64,000 nt of DNA from an uncultured virus (IMG/VR IMGVR_UViG_3300007216_003109) (taxonomy: Duplodnaviria > Heunggongvirae > Uroviricota > Caudoviricetes): the IMG/VR virus record IMGVR_UViG_3300007216_003109; one strand, 5' to 3'. Position numbers and translations under genes: made by a program. Below are positions 1-11,180 of the stretch, one piece after another; the first letter of the stretch is position 1; each line of letters starts with the position of its first letter. The notes beneath the pieces were generated by a model. It was not told the DNA's origin and did not search any database. It saw nothing but the letters and a program-made list of their open reading frames with translations.

Positions 1-795
1 AGGGGTAGGTGTATTGGTAGGTGTTGGTGTAGGTGTTCTTGTTGGTGTTACAGAAGTTGTAGGTGTTGGTGTAGGTGTTCTTGTTCTGGTAGGTGTTGGT
101 GATGGTTGTGTATTAAATGCAGCAACATTTATTAATGCAGATCCTGTATTATAATAATTCAAAGTAAAGAAATCATTATTATTAGTTGAGATTATAGAAC
201 TGTTAGTAACAAAAATAGGATTATTTGTTAATACTGAATTTATAGCAGAGAATGCAGATAAGAAGCAATTATTAAAATTAGATATGTCAAAATTATTATT
301 AAAATATACTGATCTAAATGCATCTAGTACCAACACAAAATTAGTTACAGTTTCATCTATACTTATATTAAATTCAGGATAAGCAGCAAATACAGATTGC
401 CCGTTACTGGTTACTGTAAATAATGGATAAACTGTTGTTGTAGGTGTTGGGGTTACAGTAGGTGTTTGGGTAGGAGTTTGAGTAGGTGTTGGTGTATTGG
501 TAGGTGTTTCGGAAGGTGTTACGGTATTAGTAGGGGTATTAGATGGTGTTACTGTTGGTGTAGCAGTATTTGAAGGTGTAACTGATGGGGTAACAGTATT
601 AGTAGGAGTATTAGAAGGTGTAACAGTTTGTGTTGGGGTTGGGGTTGGGGTGCTAGTGTGAGTTGGTGTTGGTGTATTTTGGGTAGGAGTATTAGTTGGT
701 GTAGTAGAAGGATTTGGTGTAGAAGAGGGCGTTCTAGTAGGTGTTACAGTAGGATCTGGTGTAGTAGAAGGGGTTGGTAGAGGAAGAGGAGCAGG
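1..795 (-). repeat. Degenerate coding repeats for TP/PT linkers (blocks at about 1-110 and 430-795)
   Basis: Repeated ggtgtt/ggtgta/gtaggt hexamers translating on - to [13 protein letters not shown] low-complexity sequence. Confidence 0.9.
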
Positions 796-957
796 GAATG
801 ATGTAAGGGTGTTGCAATCAGTACAATCTCTTGCTTGTATAAAAGTATCTTCCCTAACATTTACAACCCCAGTTGTTCCTAAATTAGAATAACATTCACT
901 AAAGTACTTTACAGCACCGGATAATGTATTAACGTAAATGTATTCGGGAAATAGCAT
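1..957 (-). CDS. Pro/Thr-rich (mucin-like) putative virion/tail-associated protein, runs off the window edge
   Basis: Not in the ORF track. ATG at 957 (-) reads [27 protein letters not shown]...CTDCNTL...[19 protein letters not shown]..., open to position 1. TAAATA 5 nt upstream; follows baseplate genes. Confidence 0.75.
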   Translation of the reverse strand, partial: MLFPEYIYVNTLSGAVKYFSECYSNLGTTGVVNVREDTFIQARDCTDCNTLTSFPAPLPLPTPSTTPDPTVTPTRTPSSTPNPSTTPTNTPTQNTPTPTHTSTPTPTPTQTVTPSNTPTNTVTPSVTPSNTATPTVTPSNTPTNTVTPSETPTNTPTPTQTPTQTPTVTPTPTTTVYPLFTVTSNGQSVFAAYPEFNISIDETVTNFVLVLDAFRSVYFNNNFDISNFNNCFLSAFSAINSVLTNNPIFVTNSSIISTNNNDFFTLNYYNTGSALINVAAFNTQPSPTPTRTRTPTPTPTTSVTPTRTPTPTPTNTPTP

Positions 958-972
958 AACTTTATTTATCCT

Positions 973-3900
973 TTAAAAAATACTCACCACTGGATATGGT
1001 GGTTCTCCTATTAATGGTACGTTAGCACTAAATGCTGGTGAATATGTGCCGCTTGGAAGATTGTATTCGCCTACAGGCAAGCAAACGGTTCTTAAGCTAG
1101 ATGTTGCATATATTGCTGTTCCGAATCCGGTTGTTCCTTCAAAGTCTGTAGCACCAGAAATAATAGCAGATGTTAACGAGTCATCAGGTATATCTGTAGT
1201 ATAGTATTTGACCATAAATGGCCATTTCATATAAACTGGTTGTCCTAAATAGGTCGATAGAGTATAAATGCCTGTTACTTCAGAAGTACCAGCTGTTCCA
1301 ACTACAAGAGAATTAGCGCAAACTAAAGGCGAAGCAGTTGGTGTAAGTGTTGGTGTTGGTGTTGGTGTAATAGATGGTGTAGGGCTAGGTGTATTCGTTG
1401 GGGTAGGTGTTGGTGAAATAGGCAAGTCAATACATCTTTCAAATCTGCTACCAACAAATACTGGTACAGAACTTGCTGCAAAATATAAAAATCCATCCTC
1501 TGCAACAGCACTTAAATTATAGCTAGTAATTGTAACACCAGATACAGGTTGATTATCACAATAGTTATAATCTTTAATTCTAAATGTGGGTACATACATG
1601 TATTTCTTTAAGAAACTAAATACAGTATTATCAATTCTAAACTCAAACAAAGTGTTTATAAATACATCGTTTGGGTTCTTAACAAAATAATTTAAAATAA
1701 ATGTATTTGAATCTTCATTATATGAAATAATTGGTTTATCTAGCTTATCAATGTAGAAATTAGAGAGCGGGCTAATAAAAGAAGATAAATTCTCAAATGT
1801 AAGTTCTGTATCTGGATAAACTTTTGTAAATGTTGGGTTGTTTAGATCAATTGTGTAGATTTCTGGATAAATAAGCTTTTCATTTAAACAGCTATTATAA
1901 TAAAATAAAGTAGTCTTGGCTATAAAAACCTTATTATCGCTTTCCCTGAAGTAAGGTACAGAAATTTTCTCTAATTTACGATCAATATTAAACGTTCTTA
2001 AATAATTTCTTTCGCTGTTATAAGGTATAATTAAATTATTTGCATAATCATAATCTATCTTGTCAAGAATTAAATAGTTTTCTGTTTCAATTAAAATTAC
2101 ATTATAGAATAATTCGAAAGTATATACTCCATTCTCAATATCTACTCTTACAGCTTCATCATATTTGTTAAATATTGATGAAAGTGCTTCTGTAACTAGA
2201 TCAACTCTTGTTGTATTTGCATTCTTAACATAAAATTCACCTTTTTCTTGATATCTACTTTCGTATATAGAGCGTGGCCTTGTTAGAGTTGTTGATAAAC
2301 TTTGTACTGCGGTGTTATTTTCAATTGGTATAGGAAGATTTTTGAAGTCTCTCTTATCGTATCTATATTCTAAATTAGGTGATGTTTGCTCACTAAAAGA
2401 TACCTCACAAGGTGTTTGTCCTTCAAGATTTAAATTATATGCATTTAATAATTCGGTTTGACCTGTAGAAACTGGGTATGTATACGAAAAGGTAGCAGGT
2501 CGAGAGACTGTATCTGGTTTAAATAAAAAAGTATTCAAACTACATTCTAATAATTCATTATAGTAAACAGGAATACTAGTGTTCCAGGAAGGTGAATCAG
2601 ATGAAAAGTCGTTAAGTATGTTACTATTTTTATCAACAAAAGTTATACAGTCTAATACTAAGCAATAAGAGATAGTAAATGTATCGCAAAATTCATCAGG
2701 CAAAAATCTTCCTTGACCATAGGCTATAAGTAAAAGAGGAAAATCTAGAGGCTTAAAAGAAGGTGGTGGTGTATATGGAAAAGGTACGTAGTAATTAGCA
2801 AAAGGATCTGCTGCAAAGGAAGTAAAGGTTGGCCCTGAGGTAAAATAGCCTGAACCTGGAGGTATTTGTGTTACAGTGCGAGTAAAAACACCTGAATATC
2901 TTTTATCTGGGTTTACAATTTTATAATTAAAATTAAAACCTTCATCAATATCAAAATACACGTGACCATCTAATATTAAGCATGGTTTAATACCTTGTTC
3001 TTTTAACTCTTCAAACTGATTATAGGATAACCCTCTTCTACCGGTGCCATAAAGACCACCTCTTCCTCCTGTAAAATTAAAGAAGTCCAATTCACCTTGT
3101 GAAATAAAATCACCAAAATTAGTACCTGCAGGACCAACACCCACAGGGTTAATTTCTTTATATAAACCGTAATTATTACCATAAACGTCTGTTTTATACT
3201 GAACAAGCGTTTTATTTTTAACAAGTAAATTTTCTTGCCTTGCATCTAGCGGGTAAACACTTTCTACAATAGGAAATACGTCTGTATTTTCCCAAACATC
3301 TTTTGCAGTACCGGTAAAAAATTCTGTAGAATCAATATCTCGAGACATTCCAAATGGTTGATAACCTACTGTTTGATTTCTACTATGATAGCCATAAAAA
3401 TCTTTTAATAATGGATTACTTTTAATATTACCAAAAATATATTGCGCACTTCTATTATAATGCATCCAAGAGACGTCCTCTTCATATATAAATGGGGTTT
3501 CAAAATCTGTCTTTGACAAATTAGAAATATTTCCATATTTTGAAGGATCTGGAAACACATAAAGTTTATTTGGTTCTAGAGAATCGGTATTAACAGTTAC
3601 ACTATATTTTAAAGTATTAAAATTTAATATACCTAATTTGTCAGGTAAAAAATACCCTCCAATGTCTCTTATATTTTTTAAATATGTATCATCATTTGGT
3701 ACAGTAGCGGTTGAAGGAAATCTTTTATTTAAAAAGTTGGCAGCTTTATCTTCAGCTTCAAATAACAACCCTGAAACATAATTAGTGGTGGTACTCCCAG
3801 TACTTAGATAATAATAATCAGTTCCAATAAATTTCTCTATAAGTTGTTTTTCAAGTTGAAGATTTAAATTATCTTTATTATTGTTATTAATTTGATTAAT

Positions 3901-4734
3901 AAAATCTTTATCTTTAAGATACTGTAAATCATCCGCCGTAACCTGTACATTAACAGAATAGTTTGTTTTAAAATCACTTAAGAAAAAAGGGTAACTTTTT
4001 ATTGCATTTATGATAGATTGTTCAAAGTCATTAAATAAAGTAGGATCAAAATTGTTTAGGTTTGAAGAATATTCTAAAGGCTTTGTTCCTTCATTGTAAT
4101 CATTATAGTTTTTCTCCGGATTAATATCTAAATACTGTGAATCATCAAAAAATTCATGAAAAGTAAGCGATATATTGTTTTTAATACTAGATAAATTAAA
4201 TGATATGTTATCTGTTCTTATTACATCAAGCGCATTTAAACTTTTTATTATTTCATTTAAAACTACTGTCTCAACACCAAACTGTGAGCCTTTTAAACTG
4301 TTTTCATATTTTTTACTCTTAACACTTTCTCTTAAAAGTCTATAATATTCGCATATAGTTTTGATCTTTTTAACAAAAAATGGAAGTACTGAATATAAAT
4401 CTAGATCATTAGTAAAATCAGCATTAGTAACAAATCTTCTTTCCTCTAAAGTAGAGTAACTAAGAACTATTTCTCTTAAAAGACCTATGTAAGCAGATCT
4501 AACATAATTTTCTTGCTCTTTATCGTCAAAATTTTTTGTTTTGTACCATTTAAGAAGATAAAGTTTATATTGTTCTAATAGATAATTACTATCTGTTTCA
4601 GATACATTAGACCTAATAATCCATTGAGTAAATGTAAGAGGCTGAAAAAAGTCAACTGGGTTAGATGTTGTTCCAGATACAATAGAATCAGGTGTTTTGA
4701 TTACTATAACATTTGATCCTAATATATCGGACAT
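973..4734 (-). CDS. Large virion structural protein (probable baseplate wedge, gp7-like), C-terminal PT linker
   Basis: 1253 aa, downstream of gp25-gp6. N-terminal 'KKIKTICEYY...LKGSQFGVE' resembles the gp7/P2-gpI KG(T/S) motif; [14 protein letters not shown] linker near the C-terminus; own late promoter. Confidence 0.55.
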   Translation of the reverse strand: MSDILGSNVIVIKTPDSIVSGTTSNPVDFFQPLTFTQWIIRSNVSETDSNYLLEQYKLYLLKWYKTKNFDDKEQENYVRSAYIGLLREIVLSYSTLEERRFVTNADFTNDLDLYSVLPFFVKKIKTICEYYRLLRESVKSKKYENSLKGSQFGVETVVLNEIIKSLNALDVIRTDNISFNLSSIKNNISLTFHEFFDDSQYLDINPEKNYNDYNEGTKPLEYSSNLNNFDPTLFNDFEQSIINAIKSYPFFLSDFKTNYSVNVQVTADDLQYLKDKDFINQINNNNKDNLNLQLEKQLIEKFIGTDYYYLSTGSTTTNYVSGLLFEAEDKAANFLNKRFPSTATVPNDDTYLKNIRDIGGYFLPDKLGILNFNTLKYSVTVNTDSLEPNKLYVFPDPSKYGNISNLSKTDFETPFIYEEDVSWMHYNRSAQYIFGNIKSNPLLKDFYGYHSRNQTVGYQPFGMSRDIDSTEFFTGTAKDVWENTDVFPIVESVYPLDARQENLLVKNKTLVQYKTDVYGNNYGLYKEINPVGVGPAGTNFGDFISQGELDFFNFTGGRGGLYGTGRRGLSYNQFEELKEQGIKPCLILDGHVYFDIDEGFNFNYKIVNPDKRYSGVFTRTVTQIPPGSGYFTSGPTFTSFAADPFANYYVPFPYTPPPSFKPLDFPLLLIAYGQGRFLPDEFCDTFTISYCLVLDCITFVDKNSNILNDFSSDSPSWNTSIPVYYNELLECSLNTFLFKPDTVSRPATFSYTYPVSTGQTELLNAYNLNLEGQTPCEVSFSEQTSPNLEYRYDKRDFKNLPIPIENNTAVQSLSTTLTRPRSIYESRYQEKGEFYVKNANTTRVDLVTEALSSIFNKYDEAVRVDIENGVYTFELFYNVILIETENYLILDKIDYDYANNLIIPYNSERNYLRTFNIDRKLEKISVPYFRESDNKVFIAKTTLFYYNSCLNEKLIYPEIYTIDLNNPTFTKVYPDTELTFENLSSFISPLSNFYIDKLDKPIISYNEDSNTFILNYFVKNPNDVFINTLFEFRIDNTVFSFLKKYMYVPTFRIKDYNYCDNQPVSGVTITSYNLSAVAEDGFLYFAASSVPVFVGSRFERCIDLPISPTPTPTNTPSPTPSITPTPTPTLTPTASPLVCANSLVVGTAGTSEVTGIYTLSTYLGQPVYMKWPFMVKYYTTDIPDDSLTSAIISGATDFEGTTGFGTAIYATSSLRTVCLPVGEYNLPSGTYSPAFSANVPLIGEPPYPVVSIF

Positions 4735-4742
4735 TAAATTAT

Positions 4743-7700
4743 TTAATTGTTATATACGTTCGTTGCACTGGTAAATAATCTTAAACCTTTTAATAATGTA
4801 TACATTATATTTTGATCTATTACCCCGTCATTTCCGTACCAATCATTAAAAGTAGACAGATTATAAGTTAAATTAGATCTTTTACTTTCATAATCAATTA
4901 AATTATCATATATTGGATTGTTTTCGTCTTGTTTATACCTGTAAAATTCATAAAAAGCGCCTACTTCTAGGCCGGAGAGAGATTGCGGTATGACTAAATT
5001 CCAACCCCAATAGTAATTTACTGAAGACAAATATATTACATCGGTAGATACATAACCGTTAGGGATAGTTGTATTTACAAGGGTATATTTACCTGAAAAC
5101 TTTTCTCTAGCTACAATATATTCAGAAGCAGAAAATGTGCTTGTGTATATATCGAGCTGATCACCTAAATTTTCTCCAGTCCTAAACAAGCTTTGAGAAG
5201 TATTTTTTGTACCTGTAAGCTTATTCTTAGCTATGCTGCATACATCTAATACTCTTCTTAAACCTGGAGGGTAAGGATAGCCAAAATTCTTAAATACTAC
5301 ATCAAACATTTCACATTTTGAAATTAACGACTCAATATTACATGTATCTACATCACTTATATTATCATTAAAATTAGAAATCTTTTCAAATATTTTTGAT
5401 AATAGTGCAGAATTTACATCGGAAATTTCATTACCTACTATAGTTCCTAAAAATTCGTCAAAAAATTTAGGTTTATCTTGAAGCGTTTGCATTAATGCTA
5501 AATCTTTATAAAATTTCGTACCATCAAATGATTCATTGTCTTTGTAAATTAAATTGTAACCGGACACTGGGAGTATATTAAAACTTTTAGATGTGCCTGT
5601 AATATATCTTGTATTTTTAGAAAAGTAAAAAAACTTATTTATCCATTTAAATCCTAAAAAGTCTCCATCTGCTTGATATTTGCTGTCGTAAAAATTAGAA
5701 AGAGGATAAAAGAAAAAGTTATTAGGTGCTGATACAAGATCTATACTTGGTATTGAAGATATTGTTGGTTGTGAAATAGTTTCACCGTCTACAAAATAAA
5801 CTTTTAAATCGGTATTATTAATAGCTAGTATTTGATTCTGTGAATTACAAGATATACCCTCTATACTTTGAACATAGTCAGATAAGTTGAAGTATGAGCC
5901 AACTTGAATAGTTAAAACATCCGTACCATTGTTGTTAATTTTTGTTAAATTATTTTTACCTGTTGAAACCCATAGATTTTGATTCCCATCAACTGTAATA
6001 TCACCGGGGTAGCTAATACCTGATATTGTAAATAGTAAATTTAAGTCTTTATCTAATTTATATACCTTGTCATTTCTAGAAATGATATCTGTTTTATCTT
6101 GATTTTCGTTTAATACAGTAACCCAGATATCGTTATTTCTGTCTACAATAACTTTTTGTGGTGATTCAGAAAATATATTAAACATGTAAGTTGAAAGTAA
6201 CGAACCATTTGAAGAATACTTTAATAGTGCGGGGTATATAGGATTAGAATAGACCACATAAATTTCATTTTCTTTATTAATATCTACATAGCTTGGTGTA
6301 ACACTATTTTCACCTGCAAATCCGTAGTATGTGCCGTAATCAGAAGATGATATATATGTATTGGTTGCGGGTGGTGGTATTACTCTTTGTAAATAACCAT
6401 CTCCATTTAATTTTATAACTGAACCAGAATCGAATAATGTAACCCATATATTATTATCGCGGTCTAATGCAACACAACTTGGAGCAGCACTATTCCATGC
6501 ATTAAAAAAGTTAACGCTAGTAGTAAGAACGGAAGTAGAAGTACTATAGCCTGATGTTACAGCGGAAAGACTAATAGTATTTAAAATTGAACCTGTGTAA
6601 TCGAACTTTAACAACTTATCAGTATCAATATCAGTAACCCAATAACTGTAATCAAATTCGTTAACTCTATTAGAAGATGGTACTTGAGTAATAGAAAAAA
6701 CACTTCTATGGTCATCTGTATTTACAAATTCATAAATTTTATTAATTACTGAAGGTCTCTCTCTACAACCTGAATAGAAATAATTACTATAATATTTTCC
6801 TATATACTCTGTGTAGGGTTGAGAATAGAGAAAGAATATAGTGTCTTCTTCAAAATTAGGTATGTCGTTTATGTAAGCAATAGATGAAAGTCTAGCATTT
6901 AAAACTGTTGTAGGACAAATAAAGTATCCTCTATAAAAGCCACCAGATTTAAAAATTTCTTTCTCAAAATCTGTAGAGTAAAAGCTTACAGAAGGCACTT
7001 CTGTTCCTGTTTCATCAACTAAAATTGTTTTTATATAGTATGAAGAAGTAGGTATTGTGTTAGTTGACGATAAATATGGATAACTCTTAGTAGTAAAGTT
7101 TAATTGATCTTTTAATTTAACTACATAAGGAATTTTTGTGTTTGCATAGCTTAATTTTGCAATATCAAAGCTTTCTATTATTTCGGTTCCTTCTCCATCT
7201 AATCCGTTTGAAGTAATGGTTAGTAGTGCAGCAGGATTATATCTTGTTTTTATTATAGGTAATACTGCTGGAGCAAAATTTATGTATGAAAGTTCTAAAG
7301 GAATATTGTAATTATATAGTTGTTCTTTGTATCCTAAGAAATCGTAAAATTTACTCGTGTCAAGCGCGGCAAAAATAATAATAGGAGGAGCATCAGTAAC
7401 ATTATTTTTATTACTATCATCAGTATAATAAAAATCAGCATAACCTGATGTACCAACAAAAATTGCATCTTCATCTTTTTCATCACAACTAACTAGACCA
7501 AAAGGTGTCTTTCTTACGTAAAGCTTTGTTGTTGATGAAGGAATCTTATCAATAATTTCATCCTGAACTACGTCTCCGACTTGTATTTTTCTTATAAATT
7601 TGTAAAACTTTTTAAGGTGTCCCCATTTGTCTTTGTAATAATTTTCAACATCATAGTAATATGAACCGGTACCACTGGCATAAAGATAAAAAGTATAACT

Positions 7701-8210
7701 ATCTCCTGATAGCATGTTATATGTTTGATAACTATTAATTCTTTTTAAAGTAATTTTATCTGATAATCGACCTGCAGGAATATCTATAACAAAATCTAAA
7801 GGTCTTTCAAATGCTATTTCATCTTGTAGATAATTGTATATATTTACAGTAGCCTCTAAAACGGTTCTATAACTTTCACCATCTTGATTAATAAGATAAA
7901 CATTTACTTTATATTCACCAGGGTATTTAAATGCATGAACTGCAGTGGGGCCTATGAAATAATTTCCATCACCATCGTTAAAGTCCCATCTTATTTTTAC
8001 GTTTGAATAATCATTTGGATCAGGAATGTTAAATGTAAGAGTATAAGAACAAAGAGAAGAAACATATGATACTGAAGAAACTAACTCATTTAAGGTAAAG
8101 TTAGGTACAAAAGTAAGAGGAGTTTCTGCTAATGCGTACGCTGAGAGTGTTTTTTTACCAGTATAGTCATAAACATCTATGCCAACTGTATTCGTGTTTA
8201 TTAAAGCCAT
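4743..8210 (-). CDS. Baseplate wedge-associated protein with PKD domain and NHL/Vgb-like beta-propeller repeats
   Basis: PKD motif 'WDFNDGDG...AVHAFKYPGEYKVNV'; repeats PSCVALDRDNNIWVT, PQKVIVDRNNDIWVT, PGDITVDGNQNLWVS; C-terminal 'DVDTCNIESL' P2-gpI-like; directly after gp6. Confidence 0.65.
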   Translation of the reverse strand: MALINTNTVGIDVYDYTGKKTLSAYALAETPLTFVPNFTLNELVSSVSYVSSLCSYTLTFNIPDPNDYSNVKIRWDFNDGDGNYFIGPTAVHAFKYPGEYKVNVYLINQDGESYRTVLEATVNIYNYLQDEIAFERPLDFVIDIPAGRLSDKITLKRINSYQTYNMLSGDSYTFYLYASGTGSYYYDVENYYKDKWGHLKKFYKFIRKIQVGDVVQDEIIDKIPSSTTKLYVRKTPFGLVSCDEKDEDAIFVGTSGYADFYYTDDSNKNNVTDAPPIIIFAALDTSKFYDFLGYKEQLYNYNIPLELSYINFAPAVLPIIKTRYNPAALLTITSNGLDGEGTEIIESFDIAKLSYANTKIPYVVKLKDQLNFTTKSYPYLSSTNTIPTSSYYIKTILVDETGTEVPSVSFYSTDFEKEIFKSGGFYRGYFICPTTVLNARLSSIAYINDIPNFEEDTIFFLYSQPYTEYIGKYYSNYFYSGCRERPSVINKIYEFVNTDDHRSVFSITQVPSSNRVNEFDYSYWVTDIDTDKLLKFDYTGSILNTISLSAVTSGYSTSTSVLTTSVNFFNAWNSAAPSCVALDRDNNIWVTLFDSGSVIKLNGDGYLQRVIPPPATNTYISSSDYGTYYGFAGENSVTPSYVDINKENEIYVVYSNPIYPALLKYSSNGSLLSTYMFNIFSESPQKVIVDRNNDIWVTVLNENQDKTDIISRNDKVYKLDKDLNLLFTISGISYPGDITVDGNQNLWVSTGKNNLTKINNNGTDVLTIQVGSYFNLSDYVQSIEGISCNSQNQILAINNTDLKVYFVDGETISQPTISSIPSIDLVSAPNNFFFYPLSNFYDSKYQADGDFLGFKWINKFFYFSKNTRYITGTSKSFNILPVSGYNLIYKDNESFDGTKFYKDLALMQTLQDKPKFFDEFLGTIVGNEISDVNSALLSKIFEKISNFNDNISDVDTCNIESLISKCEMFDVVFKNFGYPYPPGLRRVLDVCSIAKNKLTGTKNTSQSLFRTGENLGDQLDIYTSTFSASEYIVAREKFSGKYTLVNTTIPNGYVSTDVIYLSSVNYYWGWNLVIPQSLSGLEVGAFYEFYRYKQDENNPIYDNLIDYESKRSNLTYNLSTFNDWYGNDGVIDQNIMYTLLKGLRLFTSATNVYNN

Positions 8211-8212
8211 AT

Positions 8213-10063
8213 TTAATATTCAATTTTTGTATTGGCTGTTGATACTGATAATATTTCAATCTTATCTAGTAATGATAAAGGATTATTTAAGAAAGGATAT
8301 TTAAAAAACGGAACCTGATAATTTTGAGATACAACTAAAATATCTTCGTCAGGATATACAGGATTCCAAACTAAGAAATTAATACCAGGTACTTTAAAGG
8401 TTCCAGTACTATCAGTTCTTTCTACATAAAAATCTTCAACACCTTCAATATCAAAAATCTGTGAAGTGATATCATTAATATCAAGTAATTTACCAAGGCT
8501 ATTATTAGTAGTATCAAAATAGTTTTTCAAAATGTTATAAACTTGATTTTTTATTGATTGGTTATCAATTTGAGACAAAACATTTTTAGTTACTACAAAC
8601 TTACTTTGATCGGTTATTGATGTAGTAAGAACTTCGCCAGGCCTTCTAATACCAAAATCTACAGCAACGTAAATAGGATCATTAATAATAACCTCTGCTG
8701 TCATAGTTTTATATTTTTGAATTTCATTTAATAATAATTCTTTTTGAGCTGAATTTAAATAATTTGTTCTTTTTGTAAGTGTTGTAAGTTTTTCTAATCT
8801 AGGAACTGCATATATATAAACATTATTAAAATCACATGAATCAGCAAATCGTACTTGGTTAAATAGAGTACGGGAATCATCATTACCTTTTTCGAGGTTT
8901 AAATCGTAGAAATATCTTAAATGACCATTTATATAATCCCAATTATTTGCAGCTTTTGTTGAAGAAATAATATTTGCAAAGTTTTTATTAACAAAATTTT
9001 CATAGTCACTAGCTGTTACTAATCTAAATTGTGCATTATAAATTTTAGGAGCATTTACTTTAATGCTTTCTGCAGATTCTCTATCTTGAAATTTTGTAGA
9101 TGGTTCAATATTAACAAAGACTAAATTCTTAGTCTCATCTTCTGTTAGTAAATTTAAGTTAGTAGACACAGTATCAGTTAAAATTTTATCATATCTAGTT
9201 GACGAATATAAGAAAAGTTTGTTTCCATTAAGAAGACCTGAATCAACTTCTCCTCTCTTACCACTAGATTTCAAAAAGTATATTGCAACTTCATCTCCTT
9301 GTACAAGCTTTCTACCTGTTACTCCGTTACCAAATTTAATTTCATAGCGCTCATTTTCATTTAATCTTTTCTCAAATACTCTCGCATTACTGCCATTTAA
9401 AAATAAAGAAGGTGTTTCAGTATACTTAAAATACTTACCTGATTCTTTTTCCTTCACATAAACATCTAAATTAAAATGATCTATAACTTCTTCTTCATCA
9501 TCAGTTACAAAAACTACCGTTATGTTTTCAAAATTATCACCAATAGCGGTATAGGTAGGGTACTCTACATAACTTCCTTGATAAAGAATATTTTTTTCTC
9601 CAAACTCAGTTAAATCTTGAATTTCATTTGTAGTTTTTGTAAACGAGACGTCAGCATTAAAAGAATAGCTAATGCCATTAAGCGTAAAAAACGAATACCT
9701 TTTTATGGTATAGCTTTCGGGAGGAAGGGATGCATTAGCTTGAGCTAAGAATGTTAATAAACTTGTTTGATACCCTACGGGTTTATAATTTAACTCTTTT
9801 ACTATTTTATTAATATTTTCATATATAGTTGCCTGACTAAAAAGACTTTCAGATGCTGTTCTGTTTAAATAAAACAATAACACATGATAAGCATATGCTA
9901 TCATATCTATAACAGCAGATATATTACTGCCTTCAAAATTTTGATCAGTAAAATATGTTGATGCGTTTAACCTATCTACTATAAGCTGTTTTAAAGATAG
10001 AGCGTCAAAAGCAGCATAACCTTGTTGATTTAATAAAAAATTGGAATCGTTTTCAGTACTCAT
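8213..10063 (-). CDS. gp6: Baseplate wedge subunit gp6-like
   Basis: 'FTDQNFEGSNISAVIDMIAY', 'YEIKFGNGVTG', 'ESAESIKVNAP...QFRLVTASDY' are gp6/baseplate J motifs; follows gp25. Confidence 0.9.
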   Translation of the reverse strand: MSTENDSNFLLNQQGYAAFDALSLKQLIVDRLNASTYFTDQNFEGSNISAVIDMIAYAYHVLLFYLNRTASESLFSQATIYENINKIVKELNYKPVGYQTSLLTFLAQANASLPPESYTIKRYSFFTLNGISYSFNADVSFTKTTNEIQDLTEFGEKNILYQGSYVEYPTYTAIGDNFENITVVFVTDDEEEVIDHFNLDVYVKEKESGKYFKYTETPSLFLNGSNARVFEKRLNENERYEIKFGNGVTGRKLVQGDEVAIYFLKSSGKRGEVDSGLLNGNKLFLYSSTRYDKILTDTVSTNLNLLTEDETKNLVFVNIEPSTKFQDRESAESIKVNAPKIYNAQFRLVTASDYENFVNKNFANIISSTKAANNWDYINGHLRYFYDLNLEKGNDDSRTLFNQVRFADSCDFNNVYIYAVPRLEKLTTLTKRTNYLNSAQKELLLNEIQKYKTMTAEVIINDPIYVAVDFGIRRPGEVLTTSITDQSKFVVTKNVLSQIDNQSIKNQVYNILKNYFDTTNNSLGKLLDINDITSQIFDIEGVEDFYVERTDSTGTFKVPGINFLVWNPVYPDEDILVVSQNYQVPFFKYPFLNNPLSLLDKIEILSVSTANTKIEY

Positions 10064-10533
10064 GATGTAAAGGTAAATCCATTAATATTTAATAAGCCCC
10101 TTAATTTTAGGAGTTCAGCTTCTAATTGAGGTACTGACATTATTAATTCAATCGTATATGAATTGTCGTCAGGATTGGCTATAACTTGAATTGCATTAAT
10201 TTTAACTCTAGGTTCAAAATCTCTTATGTTTTTTTCAATGTTATCACCTATACTTTTAGCGTTACTTTCAGTAACTTGGTCAAATAAAAAATTACCTAAA
10301 TTCATTCCAAAATAAGGATTAAGGAGTTTTTCACCTCTATTAGTAGTAAATAGGTTTTGAAGGCTATTTTTAATAGCATTTAAGTTATTATCTATCTTTA
10401 AATCTTTAATTTCATTAGTTTTCTTAAACTCTTTGTTTTGAGTGTAACTATATTGAAAATCAAGCATTAAATCTTGATATTTAAGATCGTCCGTATTTTT
10501 TACATTAGAAATACTGTCTATTCTAATACTCAT
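10060..10533 (-). CDS. gp25: Baseplate wedge subunit gp25-like
   Basis: 'AIKNSLQNLFTTNRGEKLLNPYFG...FEPRV' GPW/gp25 signature. Confidence 0.92.
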   Translation of the reverse strand: MSIRIDSISNVKNTDDLKYQDLMLDFQYSYTQNKEFKKTNEIKDLKIDNNLNAIKNSLQNLFTTNRGEKLLNPYFGMNLGNFLFDQVTESNAKSIGDNIEKNIRDFEPRVKINAIQVIANPDDNSYTIELIMSVPQLEAELLKLRGLLNINGFTFTS

Positions 10534-10592
10534 TGTAATTATTTAATACATAATATTGTGTAAAATAGTACTATAAAAAATAAATAATAACG

Positions 10593-11180
10593 ATGACCAG
10601 GAAGTTTACACCCTTATTAGAAACGTATTTACAGAAATTTACACGTGGAGGATTTCTCACAGGTGATATTGTAAAGATAAAGAAAGATGCATTTTCAAGT
10701 GATTTTTTTAAATCTCAACCTAAACAATATCAAGAAAAACTTAAGAGTTGGGCACAGAGCGATTTACTATTAAGAGTTAGCTCAGTTAAGCCTATTAGAC
10801 CAACAAATCAAGCAACCGGTAATGCTGAAATAACCGGTAGTGAGTTTGATGTTGATATCACACAGGAAATAGCTCCTGGACGTTATGTAGATTTTCTTAC
10901 TATTCCTGCTTCTTTGCTTGATCCTTTAGATGCAACCTCACCCAATCTTCCTCCAATTCCTGATTCATTAAAGAGAAAATCAAAAACAAATATTAAGCCT
11001 GAAGAACAAGAGACTCAAGTACAGCAGGTAAATCATACTTTTATGTCTGATGATGGTAAGGGTAAATTAATACATGGTGATAGAAAACTAAACAATTTTA
11101 ATACTAAAATACCTTCCATGCCTGCAACAAAATCACAGGCTGTAGCAAATTATACACATAATTATCTACCTAAGAGATAA
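10593..11180 (+). CDS. Hypothetical late protein with CTS-like leader
   Basis: 195 aa; TAAATA at 10581-10586; N-terminus MTRKFTPLLE. Confidence 0.7.
   Translation: MTRKFTPLLETYLQKFTRGGFLTGDIVKIKKDAFSSDFFKSQPKQYQEKLKSWAQSDLLLRVSSVKPIRPTNQATGNAEITGSEFDVDITQEIAPGRYVDFLTIPASLLDPLDATSPNLPPIPDSLKRKSKTNIKPEEQETQVQQVNHTFMSDDGKGKLIHGDRKLNNFNTKIPSMPATKSQAVANYTHNYLPKR

Noticed and set aside
1..1420. GT-rich repeats as a CRISPR array or non-coding satellite
   Set aside because: Repeats are degenerate at third codon positions and translate as Thr/Pro linkers in open frames; there is no repeat-spacer structure.
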